Shown here: piece by piece, positions 13,682 through 27,258 of the stretch
Position numbering within the stretch: the stretch's first letter is position 1
Layout: each line of letters opens with the position of its first letter
Assembly: GCA_964016885.1 (NCBI GenBank)
Contig: OZ024741.1
Location: 137,764,001 to 137,828,000 of the forward strand
Length of the DNA: 64,000 nucleotides
Source: Eledone cirrhosa
Lineage: Eukaryota
Reading direction: 5' to 3'
Program-made: the position numbers and the translations under genes
The notes under the pieces: model-generated
The model's input: the letters and a program-made list of their open reading frames with translations, nothing else
Told to the model about the DNA's origin: nothing
The model's database searches: none

Positions 13682-14590
13682 GAGTCTTGTTACTCTGGAG
13701 ATTCGCCTGTTAATCACATGGTCACCAGACAAGAACTAACATTTCAATGGCAGACACAATACAAATAAGGATGACTTAAGGTAGGGGAAGGAGGTTTTAA
13801 TTGAGAGGAGGTAATTAAGATAGGATGGGTAAGGTGGTGGTGGTGGAAGTAGGGGAATACGTCTCTGTGAAGAATGGGTGATAAAGAGTGGTAGTGGGCA
13901 TAACTATATAATTTTAACTGGTTAATAGGCACTTACATAGAAATATAATCAGTCAGTGGGAGGCAGCTGATGGATGTAGAGGTAGATAGATAAGGGGTTA
14001 GTGAAAAAGTGGGTGGGATTGACAGGATAAATTGGTGGATAGAATATCCATATGTATATAATTACACATGTATATAAATATAAATACATTCACGCAAACA
14101 TATCTATACATACATATGTACATGGAAATCCTTAAATAAAAGACATTCAAGGAAAAAAGTACCAAATTAGTACTGGGTGGATTCTTCTTCTATATCTCTT
14201 TCTCCTTTCCTCTCACTTACTTTCTATCTTTCTCTGGAAGAAATCTGTTGTACTCAAGCCTGGAGAGGGATGGGCTCCATCAGATTAAGAAAACACCCCA
14301 TCCCACCAACCTTTTCACTAACCCACCTATACACCCACCTCCAAATTAATCGCCTGCCTTTCAGTGACCAGTTAAAATTCCATGGCTATGCGCATACTCT
14401 TTATCACCTTCTTCTTTCACATAGCCCTATCCCCTCGTTGTCACCACCCTGCCCATCATATCTTAATTACCACTTTTTAATTAAAACCCCATCCCCACCT
14501 CAAGTCTTCCTTATTTGTCTGCCATAGAAACGTTAGTTCTTGTCTGATGAACCTGTGATAAACAGGCGAAACTCTAGAGTAACAGAACTC
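13682..14590. repeat. Inverted pair of HHR-containing pLTR-like repeats (about 13682-14025 vs about 14295-14590)
   Basis: CAGACAAGAACTAACATTTC..TGGCAGAC at about 13726 is the reverse complement of GTCTGCCATAGAAACGTTAGTTCTTGTCTG at about 14517; a third fragment lies at about 41440-41520. Confidence 0.7.
14535..14589 (+). ncRNA. Type I hammerhead ribozyme
   Basis: agttcttgt-CTGATGA-a.cctgt(gataa)acagg.c-GAAA-ctctagag-TA-acagaact; palindromic stem III. The inverted copy at 13683-13737 has a decayed core. Confidence 0.75.
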
Positions 14591-15749
14591 TCAATTCCCT
14601 CTTAATAAAATTAATATAAAAACTCTACTTCGGTATGTAGTACTCCTTTCTCTCAGACATCAACCACATACGTAATTATTTCCTTGGAATATCCAGTCAT
14701 CCTGGTATATATATCACATACCAATCCTGAGTCCCCCAAATTAAATACGAAACTAAATTTGCCTTCCTTCCTTCCTCTCTTCTTTCCTTCTTTCCTTTCT
14801 TCGATTGTTCGTTCGTTCCTTCCAGGCGACGATACAATAAATTACCAGTAAAGTACTGGATTCGATTCATTCGACTTTCTGCTTTCCTCAAAGTTTCTGG
14901 CCTTGTGCTTGAATTAGAAATTATATTGGATTTAATGTTCTTAAATTTTAAGAGGTGATGTACAAATTATCTTTAGAAATACATCTGTTTTTTATTTGGT
15001 TTGTTCTGGAAGGCATACACGGGTCTGTTTTATTGCATCTAAGAAACCAATTTAAACATTCATACATACATAATACACACACACCCTCACATGAATGTGC
15101 TTGTATACGTACTTGTGTCGCAGTATCTATATGTAACCACATTTTTCTATTATTATGTAAGATATATCGCTGTGGTAATGTGACATCGAATCCCCAAGAA
15201 AGGTCGATATATTTGTAAATACGTGTTTGGCTATAACTCAATACTCATATCTGTCTCACTAATGTCATTCAAAGTTATGCAGATGCAATTCATTTGGCAA
15301 CAAATTGACTACAAAATCTGACGATAGATAACGAAAGTAACTCTTTAAAATGTTTAGGGTTGTAACCTCTAGAACGAAATACATTCTTGTGTGGAATTAA
15401 TTAATTCCTAATCTTTATGGTATGTTAGGTAACTTATTGCTACACTAATTACCGAATCCACACGAACAGAAGATTAAAAGTTTTAATTAACTCACCTACA
15501 CGAAAGGAAAACTAATGATTTAATTAGAAAAGCTATACTACATGAAGACATCAATTGGGTTATGTTTCATCTGCGAGGGAATAAGCAATTCTAACCGAAC
15601 CGAATCTATTCAGACCTACAGATCGAAATGTTCGATTTTCTACTTGTTAGATTTGTATATTCTCCCGAGGGAATATGACGCCATATTGGTTTTGATTAAT
15701 AAGAGAAATTATATTTTCATCGCATATCGTAAACACCCACACACATTTG

Positions 15750-15817
<68 letters not shown>

Positions 15818-15822
15818 GATTG

Positions 15823-15874
<52 letters not shown>

Positions 15875-16844
15875 CAATCAATTTTATTTGACAATATTAC
15901 AAAATTACAGATATAAAAAATGCTATGATATCTTAACGGCTGAAAACTCTTGTCTCTGTTATATATCTCGAAAGAGCTTTGATACAGGTTTCCCACAACT
16001 GCGTATATTGGAAGTGCTATAAATTCAACTATATCGAACCAGTATTTAACTGGTTTTCGTCACTTGGCCAAGAAATTAGTTTGTTGGTTATTGGCCATAC
16101 CACCCTAACGTCAAGTGTTCCAATACCGGACGGGGAAGCACGTATTGTTTTTATTATTACACCTCAATTTACGTTGTTAAACTCACCCCAGCTGAAAATG
16201 AGTACAACCAGTAAGGATTAACGTTTGGCCAATGAGGTAGGTTTATTGTACTCACAGTCGCTTAACTCCATGGGAAACGTGATAAACTCTATTCTGATGA
16301 AGCACTGGGCTTGGAACAGATTTAAAATTTAATTTTCTTGACGCCAGAAGGGCGTTAGTGGGAAGCCTATTCTAACTGCAAAGGGAACACAAGCCTTTTA
16401 GTGCGACTCACCACTTATTCTGCTAAAACTTTAATACATATTTATATATTTATCAGTCAACCAGTTTAATGGCTAATGAACTATAAAACAGAAACAAACA
16501 GATATGATGTATTATGTCCATGTATGTGTTTAAATAACGTTGGTAAAAGCTATATGACATATTGATAATATTAACGCGCATAGATTCTTGGAAATCAGGT
16601 TTTTAAGAATTATCGTAGTAAAAAGGAAGGTCAATATAGGTATGGAAAGGAACGGAATAAATTTCCGTTGCTTTCGATGATGAATTTTTCTGTTGTTTGA
16701 TGAATTGAACAGGCTGCACATGGAACTAACATGTAAGCGACTGAATATTCCACAAATACGTTTATCCCTAATATAATTCTCAGGGTATAGGGATTCCGAG
16801 TAATAATCTGTGACAAAATAATCCTAGTGAGTTATAAACTGTTT

Positions 16845-16975
16845 CCATCTAACCAATTTGACTCATCAGGCTTTGATCGAGACGAGGGCTATGGTAAATA
16901 ACACTTAACTAATAAGCCATGTGCTGGGTTCGAATCTAGTATCTGGCGGTTGTGAAACAAGCATAGCAACTATTC
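16845..16975 (-). mobile_element. Degenerate tRNA-type SINE (family B)
   Basis: Resembles the reverse complement of 35060-35205. Confidence 0.45.
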
Positions 16976-17614
16976 GGTTGGGTACTGATTAGTAGAAGTT
17001 AACGTTCCAAATTTGTTATAATCTGCGGTAATTTGAACCTCAGATATCTTCCACTCCTTACATCCATGATAAATCTGAGACATACAAGAAACGTCCTGGG
17101 ATTATGAAATTTATATTTGAAAAATAACAATTTCATTCTTTACAACTATTTTTCCACAAACATTCAAAACACAAACGTTGCAACATCAAACCATTTATAG
17201 CATGACAGTATTCAGGATGTTTGGTACAATGGACAATAAACTACAATACAAAAGAAAACACAAAATCTACAAAAGCACAACTAAATTTACATGTAGAAAT
17301 TTCAAAATGTTTTCATTGGTTCTATATATGAACGTTCAAATGGCTCAAGTGGAAAATTTGATATTCATCCATCCACAGAGAAAGAAGTAGTAACCAGTTT
17401 TGTAGTGGTTCGTAACACGCGACTCCGCACTCATAAAGCCAGTATTTATTATCATAATTTCTGTTATTCAATCTTTCTTTGCAATATTTATCTAGGTCTT
17501 ACTCTATTTATCTAACTACATATCTCTCTATCTATGAGTATGTATGTATGTATGTATGTATGTATGTATGTATGTATGTATGTATGTATGTATGTATGTA
17601 TGTATGTATGTATG

Positions 17615-17654
<40 letters not shown>

Positions 17655-17726
17655 TGTATAGTATATATATATATATGTGTGTGTGTGTGTATATGGGTAT
17701 ATATATATATATGTGTGTGTATGGGC

Positions 17727-17766
<40 letters not shown>

Positions 17767-18722
17767 ATGTACAATATATACATATATATAAATATATATA
17801 TGTATATATATTTATATATATGTAAGTATATACATATATATATATATACCCATATACATATATATATATATATACACACATATATATATGTAAATATATA
17901 AATATATATATATTTACAAAGATCTATATGATATACATACCAACACTAACATATATATCCTAGAAACGATCGTAAAATGATGAATTTTTTAATATAAGGA
18001 CCTGTTTCTTTGTTTTTATTCATTATTTTTTAAATATATATATATATATATATACTTGTATAAATCTATAATTTTAGATAAAAAAAGTAAAATACATTGA
18101 ACTACTAGTTATAAATCAATTGCTACAGGACTTTTTGGGGGTATTATTTTCACTTAGCTAACATAATCCGCTTCAATATATTATGTCTAAGCATAAAACA
18201 GCTGCTCCGTTGGATAGCGTTTATCTATTTTAATATCCCTTCAGACAAAATATACCTTTGTTTTCTCTATTTCTATGCTGAAATATCGTAAAAACAATAG
18301 ACATTAAATGACAAAATTCAATATTCTCGATTGCAAAAACAAGAGAAATAAAAACGAAAACGAATGATAGTAGCGATAGTAAAATATTGATAGACGTTTC
18401 GGAAATTTCTACGTTAAACTGTAAGAAAGCTAATATAAATAATCCCGTCATTTATTTCCAAATAATTCTATCATTTTTGAACAACAGGTTGGAAAATAGT
18501 GTAATGTTTCGAAAACAAATTGCATTTGGTGTATCTCGTAAACGAACAAAAATGCCATTGTGTTAGGAAAATAAAGTTTTGAGATCAGCAACAGCTCGTA
18601 TCTAACTATGATTTAATGGCTAACAGAATTTATAGAGAAAAATATCACTCATAAACTTATATTCCAGTATTGTTATGCGATTATCTTTTTACATATTTGA
18701 AATCTGTCCTCTAAAATTGTTG

Positions 18723-18763
<41 letters not shown>

Positions 18764-18954
18764 TTATATTCAGTAACCGGATACGTTTGATACATTTTAG
18801 AGGTTTTTCTGCTGTTATAATAGATTTGGAATAGAATATTTGTTATGATAATGCAGACAAACTTAGATTTAATCATTTCATTATTATATTGTTTTCTATT
18901 TATGTCCTATACCCTAATCCTATGTGCTACAATATATCTATATATACGAAGAAA

Positions 18955-19130
18955 AAGAGGGTTCGAGCGACAGATACATTACTTCCAGTGCCTGGCTGGT
19001 ATTTTATTTATTTAAATTGAAAGAAGGAAAGGTATAGTTGACTGTGCCGATATTTGAACTCTGAGGACAGAAAGCTCGTACTACAGAGTATATCATCCGA
19101 CGTTCAAACGACGCTGCTGATTCACCACCT
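18955..19130 (-). mobile_element. Degenerate SINE family A
   Basis: CCAGTG..CTGGTATTTT..GAAAGG..AGTTGAC..ATTTGAACTC. Confidence 0.55.
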
Positions 19131-20177
19131 TAGTAACGAAAGCCATATTTCGGCAAATGAGTTGCAGCCTGACTCTAGAGTGGAAATTCAACGACGTTTA
19201 TCTGTTAACAGTGAAGATAAGCCATAATAACGGAATTAATGTCTATCTAATGACGTAAAAAGTAATAGAAATATTTACTTATGTACACACATGATTACAG
19301 TGTGGTATAGATAGAACACATCACAAGAACGCGCTAGGTAATCGCTATGTCGAGTCACATTCACTTTCAATCAACACCCGCACACAATTACAAATACACA
19401 CGTACACACACACAAACACACACACATATAAATATATGCATGCATACACACATATGCACTTCGATTAAATGGTGATTGTGAATAACTACCAAATTTTCAT
19501 TTCTTATGACGTGTGCACACATACGCATATATACACTTACACACACACACACATACGCATACATACACTTACAAACACACACAAACACACACACATACAC
19601 ACACACACACATATATATATAGATATATATTTCATTTATGTTAGGCTGTTTACCATTGGATAGAACTGGTGGTTCGGATTGATAAATTAAATAAATCAAA
19701 GCGCCCAACATTATTCTATCCTCCATCGTAGATGTAGTATCCAGTGGCTGGTACAGGAACTGTATAAAGTATTCATTAAAACAGCAACAGAAGGCCGAAC
19801 TGGAAACTACTTTAGAATTTTAATTCAGCGGAAGCACTATACATATTTCGATGGCCGAGTTCTATCATCCGATTATGATGCAAGACGAGGCAATTTCATT
19901 CTGTGTTATTTGGCAAATTAAATGATAGGATTACGTTGTACCCAAACAGCGAATAGAAGATAGAAGAAACTAAGAAATTGTAAATAGAAAGTAGAAGATA
20001 GAGGACCGCTTCTCCATTTGGTGTTATACCGATAGCATACAGACCCCGAGTATATATATATATAGTAATAATAATAATAAATTTGAAGACTAAAATCCAA
20101 AGAGGGCTCGATAAGGTTAAATATATATCAAATATATAAGAACCGTAGAGCAAATATTTATTAAAATAACAGATTAA

Positions 20178-20228
20178 AGTTTAAGCAAAGAATCGCTGCT
20201 TTCACCCTTAACGGGATCTTCTGAAACT
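20178..20228 (-). ncRNA. Type I hammerhead ribozyme, U4A core variant
   Basis: Reverse complement: agttt-CAGAAGA-t.ccc(gttaa)ggg.t-GAAA-gcag(cgattct)ttgc-TT-aaact. Confidence 0.65.
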
Positions 20229-20994
20229 AACAAAGTCAATCTGTGAACGCAGAAGTGAATATTTCAAAAAACGATGTAACCGGAGGAAGACAGGAAGACG
20301 ATACTTTGGTCCGTGGAAACGTTCCCTGGCAAAGAACGAAAAAAAAACGAATATAATACGTCATTATTAGGCGCGGTGAAAAACAATTACACGCACAGAC
20401 AAAACCACGTTTATGGTATAAAAGAAGTCGTAGACTAATATTCTATTAGGTGGTTCATAGAGACGTTCTCTGGCAATGAACGGAAAAACCGAATATAATA
20501 CGTCATTATTAGGCGCGGTGAAAAACAATTACACGCACAGACAAAACCACGTTTATGGTATAAAAGAAGTCGTAGACTAATATTCTATTAGGTGGTTCAT
20601 AGAGACGTTCTCTGGCAATGAACGGAAAAAACGAAGATATACGTCATATGTGGAGCGGGAAGAACAATTACACGCAAAGACAAAACCACGTAAATGGTAT
20701 AACTGAAGTCGTAGACTAAAATTCTAACTAGGAAACCGAATGATTCTCGGCTTCAGAGTTAAGAATAAAGTAAATAAAATACAGAGGTAATTGAAATTAA
20801 ATAAATACATACACGCATCCATATACGTACATACACAAGCATACGCGAACACACTCGCCATAGGTATACAAATACACGCACGTTAAAAAAAAAAAAAAAA
20901 AAAATACCGCACGCACATACAGAACCCACGCAACGCCTGTACCCGCACGCATACGAATGTATACACCAAATACACATAAACATATATATAAAGA

Positions 20995-21025
<31 letters not shown>

Positions 21026-21415
21026 CGTGTATACTTATAATTAAATAAACGTATATAAATAAATAAATACGTATATAACAAGCGCATACACATACCTACA
21101 TGTAAATACACATATGTCCGGAGACGTATGTCAACCATACACAAAGTACACATATACACTCACCCTACGTACGTACGAACCCGCATGCTCACACAGACGC
21201 AAAACTCACGTATACACATAACCAAAAGCATATGTACCAGAATATGTAATATATACGCCATAACATATACAATCAAATATACGTACGAGAATGTATACGT
21301 ACCTTCACAAAAGATACAGGTAATAAATACTTACCTATACAAATAAGTAATGGTATAAACATAACATATACTTAGCTACCACATGAAGACGTAAAATATC
21401 CGCGTATAGGTCGTA

Positions 21416-22330
21416 CTATCCGTTAAGGTATAATGTGGGGCTGTAATACAAGAAAGTTTTGCGCAATTTATGTTTACAAGCCGAAATTGCCTCAGATTTT
21501 TTGTTTAAGATGCGGTCTTTGGCGTAGAGTATTTCTAGGGCCTCAGCGGCGCAGAGGTCACATGGTCTTTTATTTCGGTTATCCCGTCTAGCTTTAGCTA
21601 GAATCTCCCAGTGTAACCTATATTGGGTGTGGTTGTCTTTGAGACTCAAGATATAAGCTGAAAGTGACGTCATATTCCTTCTTAAAGGGTTAAGAAAAGA
21701 ATGGGTATGCATGGAAAGACGCTGCCTGAATCTATTGGCGGTTAACCCTATGTAGGTCCTACGGGACGTGGGTGTTTCAACCTTACATTTGTAGACAAAG
21801 TTACTAGAGAGGCATTTCCCGGATAGGGGGCAGTCAACCCGATTCCTACAATTACAGTTAGTACTAACTACAGGGTGGCACGTGTTCCTACGGCTAGGTA
21901 GTTTAGCTAAATTTGAAGCTGTGATGTTATGTGCAAGGTTAGGAGTCGTAGAGTAAGAAATTTTAATAGTATTTCTATTAAAAATGTTACTATATTTATG
22001 TGTAGGGGGAAATGCTTCATAATAATGGACAGAAAGATCTTAGCTAATGGTGTGGCCACCTCCATATTATATGGTGGGTTTTACCATATAATGCGTCGGG
22101 ATCTATTTCTTCCAGGTCTATTCTCGTACTCGGTATATGCTACCTTATCGACAAATCCACTCCAAGCAAGAGCTTTATTGTAATATGTGGAATGGTCGTT
22201 GACAATATGCTCGTTAGTAGATAAACGGGAAAGCCTCAAAGAAACGTTTCCTACCAGGTTCTTGGTTATGCTGGCAGGATGGTTAGAATGCTTACTTATG
22301 TAATTAAGCGTATCATTCGACTTTCTATAC
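21416..22330 (-). pseudogene. PLE2 RT thumb plus GIY-YIG endonuclease remnant
   Basis: LNYISKHSNHP, YYNKAL, IIW*NPPY, CNCRNRVDCPL, TYIGLTANRFRQR, TSLSAYILSLK, PCDLCAAEALEIL. Confidence 0.88.
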
Positions 22331-22931
22331 ATTCGTATGAATTCGTACGTGTGTGGGTACAGGCGTTGCGTGAGTTCTGTATGTGCGTGCGGATTTTTTT
22401 TTTTTTTTTTTTGTGTACGTGCGTGTATTTGTATACCTATAGCGAGTGTTTTCGCGTATGCTTGTGTATGTACGTATATGGATGCGTGTATGCATTTATT
22501 TAATTTCACTTACCTCTGTATTTTATTTACTTTATTCTTAACTCTGAAGTCGAGAATCATTCGGTTTCCTAGTTAGAATTTTAGTCTACGACTTCAGTTA
22601 TACCATTTACGTGGTTTTGTCTTTGCGTGTAATTGTTCTTCCCGCTCCACATATGACGTATTATCTTCGTTTTTTCCGTTCATTGCCAAAGAACGTCTCT
22701 ATGAACCACCTGATAGAATATTAGTCTACGACTTCTTTTATACCATAAACGTGGTTTTGTCTGTGCGTGTAATTGTTTTTCACCGCTCCTAATAATAACG
22801 TATTATATTCGTTTTTTTTTCGTTCTTTGCCAGGGAACGTTTCCACGGACCAAAGTATCGTCTTCCTGTCTTCCCCCGGTTGCAACGTTTTTTGAAATAT
22901 TCACTTCTGCGTTCACAGATTGACTTTGTTC

Positions 22932-22980
22932 GTTTCAGAAGATCCCGTTAAGGCTGAAAGCAGCGATTCTTTGCTTAAAC
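22932..22980 (+). ncRNA. Hammerhead ribozyme copy (U4A) in inverted pLTR
   Basis: gttt-CAGAAGA-tcccgttaaggct-GAAA-gcagcgattctttgc-TT-aaac; one stem II mismatch. Confidence 0.6.
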
Positions 22981-23015
22981 TTTAATCTGTTATTTTAATA
23001 AATAAATATATATGT

Positions 23016-23103
<88 letters not shown>

Positions 23104-23119
23104 TAAAATAACAGATTAA

Positions 23120-23170
23120 AGTTTAAGCAAAGAATCGCTGCTTTCACCCTTAACGGGATCTTCTGAAACT
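23120..23170 (-). ncRNA. Hammerhead ribozyme copy (U4A)
   Basis: Same sequence as 20178-20228. Confidence 0.65.
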
Positions 23171-23994
23171 AACAAAGTCAATCTGTAAACGCAGAACTGG
23201 ATATTTCAAAAAACGTTGCAACCGGAGGAAGACAGGAAGACGATACTTTGGTTCGTGGAAACGTTCGCCGGCTAAGAACGGGAAAAAACGAATATAATAC
23301 GTCATTAATAGGAGCGGTGAAAAGCAATTACGCGCAAAGACAGAACCACATTTATGGTATAAAAGAGGTCGTAGACTAATGTTCTCTTAGGTGGGGCATA
23401 GAGACGTTCTCTGGCAATGAACGAAAAAACGAAGATAATACGTCATATGTGGGGCGTGGAGAACAATAGCGCGCAAAGACAAAACCACGTAAATGCTATA
23501 GCAGAAGTCGTAGACTAAATTCTAACTAGGAGACCGAATGAATCTCCGCTACAGAGTTAAGAACAAAGTAAATAAATACAATACAGAAGTAATAGAAATA
23601 AATAAATACGTACATACACAAGCATACGCAAAAACTTACCATAGGTAAACAAAACCACGCACATATAAATATGTGTGTGTGTGTAAGCGTGTCTACAAAT
23701 AAATAAATAATTATATAAACGTATATAAATAAATAAATACGTATATAACAAGCGCACACACATACCTACATGTAAATACACGAATGTTCGGAGACGTAAG
23801 TCAACCAAAACATGAAGTACACATATACACACGCCCTACATACATACGAACCTGCATACTCACACAGACGCAAAACTCCCGTATACACATAGCCGAACCA
23901 TATATACCAGAAATATAAAAAATTATACGCCATAACAATCAAATACAAGGAATACAAGCCCTCTTTGGATTTTAGTCTTCAAATTTATTATTAT

Positions 23995-24097
<103 letters not shown>

Positions 24098-24327
24098 TTG
24101 AAGCCCTACTTGCTTTTGCTTAGCTAGTATTAATGGAAATTTACCGCGGATTAATTAGAAAGAGGTTGCAATTTATAAACCATGTCAACAACACGTAAAT
24201 GGTATTAAACAATACCGTGCTAAGTGAGGGATTATTACACGCACACACACTCACACACAGATGCACACACGCACAAGTACGCACACAAATATATATATTT
24301 ATATACATACATACGTATATATATATG

Positions 24328-24396
<69 letters not shown>

Positions 24397-24605
24397 GATA
24401 ACAAATTATCGTTATAGGTAATCCAGTTAGATGTGAGTACTCTGTATTGTGGATAGTTTTAACGTATGGCGTTGTTTGACTCAACAAGAGATTTCCTTAG
24501 TTAGGTACCGAGTTTGCGAGAATTCCCATGCAGGTCATTCTTGGAGTAATAGTGGTGAAAGAGTGAAGAATAAAATGGTCGGCTGTATAAATAGTGTTTT
24601 ATTTA

Positions 24606-24720
24606 CAGTATTAACAATTGTTTCATTGACCAGGTGAGGCTAAAGGTCGCTAATCGTTGGAAATTGTGTCACTCGACCTTAAATACAGTGTGTGTCTCTG
24701 ATCAAATCATCGGAATACTG
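24606..24720 (-). ncRNA. Type I hammerhead ribozyme, U4C core, long branched stem II
   Basis: Reverse complement: cagtatt-CCGATGA-t.ttgatcag...aaggtcg..cgacctt...ctggtcaa.t-GAAA-caattg-TT-aatactg; 7-bp stem I. Confidence 0.7.
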
Positions 24721-26689
24721 GAGGGTGTAAGACATGGAATTGGTATTTGTAGATACATCGGAGAATCAAGTGAATGAAAGCAATAACATCAATACTAAAA
24801 GATAGTAATAAAGAAGTAAAAATGAAAATTATAAAGATGTAAAAAATGAGTAAAAAAATAAGAACAAAATACGGTTGCTGATAATAGTAGTAATTGTGGT
24901 GGTAGTTGAAATTATAATGGTGAGTAAGTGGATGTGTAAAATATTGATGACAGTAAAGATAACAATAACATGAAAAGAAATACGAAATACATGATATATA
25001 TTATAAATGCAAGACGTACAATCAAATCTCAGAGGATTAAAATAAAAAAATATAAAATAAGAGGTAATAGAGAAAGGGATAATGAATAGGAGACAGAGAG
25101 TGAGGATAAGGATTCAAGGATGAGACATAAAGGGTAGGACTAAGGACGGGGAAGGAGTAGATAGATCGATAGAGAATAAAAAGTGAAAGGGGCAGTGATG
25201 ATATACGGGTGATTAAGGTCTGGTAGATCGATTGTTTTATCTTAATGGAGGTTATAGAGAGAGAGTGAAAGAAATGTTGGGAGATTCATGATGTTGAATT
25301 AATGATCGGGTGGTCGGTTGACAGCTAATAACTGTGGAGGGGTGTGAAGCTAGTACATTAAAACCCGAGTGGTTTAGATTGAATTCCGAGATTGCTGGAC
25401 CGAGTCATGCCGGCTGTGGTTTGAAGTTATAGAACTTGGTGGCTGCTTTGTGCATACAGAAAATTCTATTTTGTTGTTAAGCAGCATTTTATCATACTTT
25501 AAAATATGCAGCAGCTCAATATTGCAAAGTCCGCAGTGGGACATTCCCTTTTTGTAGGCCTTTGCACCCGATAAGTTCGACAACCTAATATCGTATTCCT
25601 GGTTGATGTAACTTAAGCTGCCAAATCTTATTGGCCAGCGTCGTTGAGTTCTCTAGTCTACGATTTTTTATAGAATGCCTATGCACATACCATCTTTTTT
25701 TGAAATCCCCAGCTGTAGAACATATGTGGTGCCATGCTAGGTTGCCTGATTTGATAGTACAAACGTACACTATACATGATTCTATGCATCTATTTTGTAG
25801 TGGGCATTTATTTGGCAGGTGGCAGTTACATTTGGAGGCCTTCCTGTGTGCAGGTTCTCCGTTGCGGTTTTGTATGTTGTTAGGATGGGCTGAGGTTTAG
25901 GTTTATTGGTGTTTTGTTGCGATGTGCCCTGCCGTGTGGGTGGTTGCGATGTTGTTATGTGTTTGCGTTTTGTATTTGGTTCTATAGTGTATGTTGGTAG
26001 GTTACTTCCATTAGAGATATTTTTCAAGTTGATTTTAGTATGTGTGATTTCCGTGTTGGTTGCAGTAGAGTAAGAGAGTTTGATAGTTTTTCTGTTAAAG
26101 ATTCTATGGGATTTGTGTAGTTTAGGGAAGTGTTTGTCAATTAGTTTAAATAATATAGAAGGTAGGTTGGTTTTTATAGAAGAGTTGAAGATTGGATTGA
26201 AGCATAAATATTTCCTATCTCTGGATTTTCTGGAGTTTCTAGGGGTCACTATATTAGAGTTCGGTTCGGCTATTCCTCGCTCTCGTTGCCTATTTCCATG
26301 TTTAGTTCTATATTTATTATTCCAATAGGTGCGGGTAGTGTAGTTGTCGTTATGTTTGTAGTTGCTGTCTCTATCTGGTATGTATTCGAGCCCCTCCTTG
26401 TGGCTTGCTTTATGTAAATCTATGTTATAGTAGTTTGCGTGTTCATTATCCCTAGGTTTGAAGGCAGGCAGGATATTCTGAGGGATATACTATGTGCTAT
26501 CGAGTTAATTATGGAGCGAGGGAAGCTTGAGCTACTATTATCAGCAACCGTATTTTGTACTTATGTTTTACATCTTTATCATTTTCATTTTTACTTCTTT
26601 ATTACTATCTTTTAGTATTGATGTTATTGTTTTCATTCACTTGATTCTCCGATGTATCTATAAATACCAATGCCACGTCTTACACCCTC

Positions 26690-26796
26690 CAGTATTCCGA
26701 TGATTTGATCACACTGTATTTAAGGTCGAGTGACACAATTTCGTGTGATTAGCGACCTTTAGACTCACCTGATGAATGAAACAATTGTTAATACTG
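26690..26796 (+). ncRNA. Hammerhead ribozyme copy (U4C) in inverted pLTR
   Basis: cagtatt-CCGATGA-...-GAAA-caattg-TT-aatactg. Confidence 0.65.
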
Positions 26797-26805
26797 TAAA
26801 TAAAA

Positions 26806-27258
26806 CGCATTCTTTTATGCTTATCAAAGCTAACTACTCCTCCTGTTTGCTGAAAATCATGAATGTTTGATTCTTATAGAATTCTAACAATAATACACTA
26901 TATATACATTCATATATATATCGCTATTTCAGAGCACCAATTCTAATTTTCAATTTCTGCTTGACCGGCAACCGCTCTGTATAATCAGTTCCTGATTATT
27001 ACTTGAATTCTGTAAGAATCAAACATTCTTGTTTTTCAGCAAACAGGAGGATTAGTTAGCTTTGATAAGCATAAAAAATGCGAAACAGAGCTCTGTCAGC
27101 TTTATCTCCCCTGTTTGCTGAGAATTAAAGTAAGTGAGACTGTCACTACTCTAAAACAATAGCATAAGGTCTTCGAAATGCTTTTAATTAAGCATACAGT
27201 GTATTGCAAAATACACTATATATACATTAATATATATATCGCTATATCAGAGCACCAA

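Larger units (their letters stand above)
20155..23950 (-). mobile_element. Penelope-like element 2: truncated ORF with three pseudo-LTR copies
   Basis: pLTR copies at 20155-21290 (-), 22330-23005 (inverted) and 23098-23950 (-); each contains an HHR and 2-3 copies of a ~145-bp internal tandem repeat. Confidence 0.85.
24400..26807 (-). mobile_element. Penelope-like element 3, 5'-truncated, with inverted pLTR copy
   Basis: ORF remnant about 25370-26460 (FNPIFNSSIKTN, IKLSYST, CNCHLPNKCPL, DFKKRWYVHRHS, STTLANKIWQLK, CGLCNIE); 24596-24890 is the reverse complement of 26532-26806. Confidence 0.85.

Noticed and set aside
16285-16415. CTGATGA followed by a long gcact/agtgc helix
   Set aside because: GAAA and stems I and III are absent.
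19835-19910. GAAA-tatgta-TA motif on the minus strand
   Set aside because: The upstream core reads AGAATGA, which is too degenerate.
20320-20740. Regularly spaced repeats that might suggest a CRISPR array
   Set aside because: These are ~145-bp whole-unit tandem repeats without unique spacers, inside a eukaryotic pLTR, with no cas genes.
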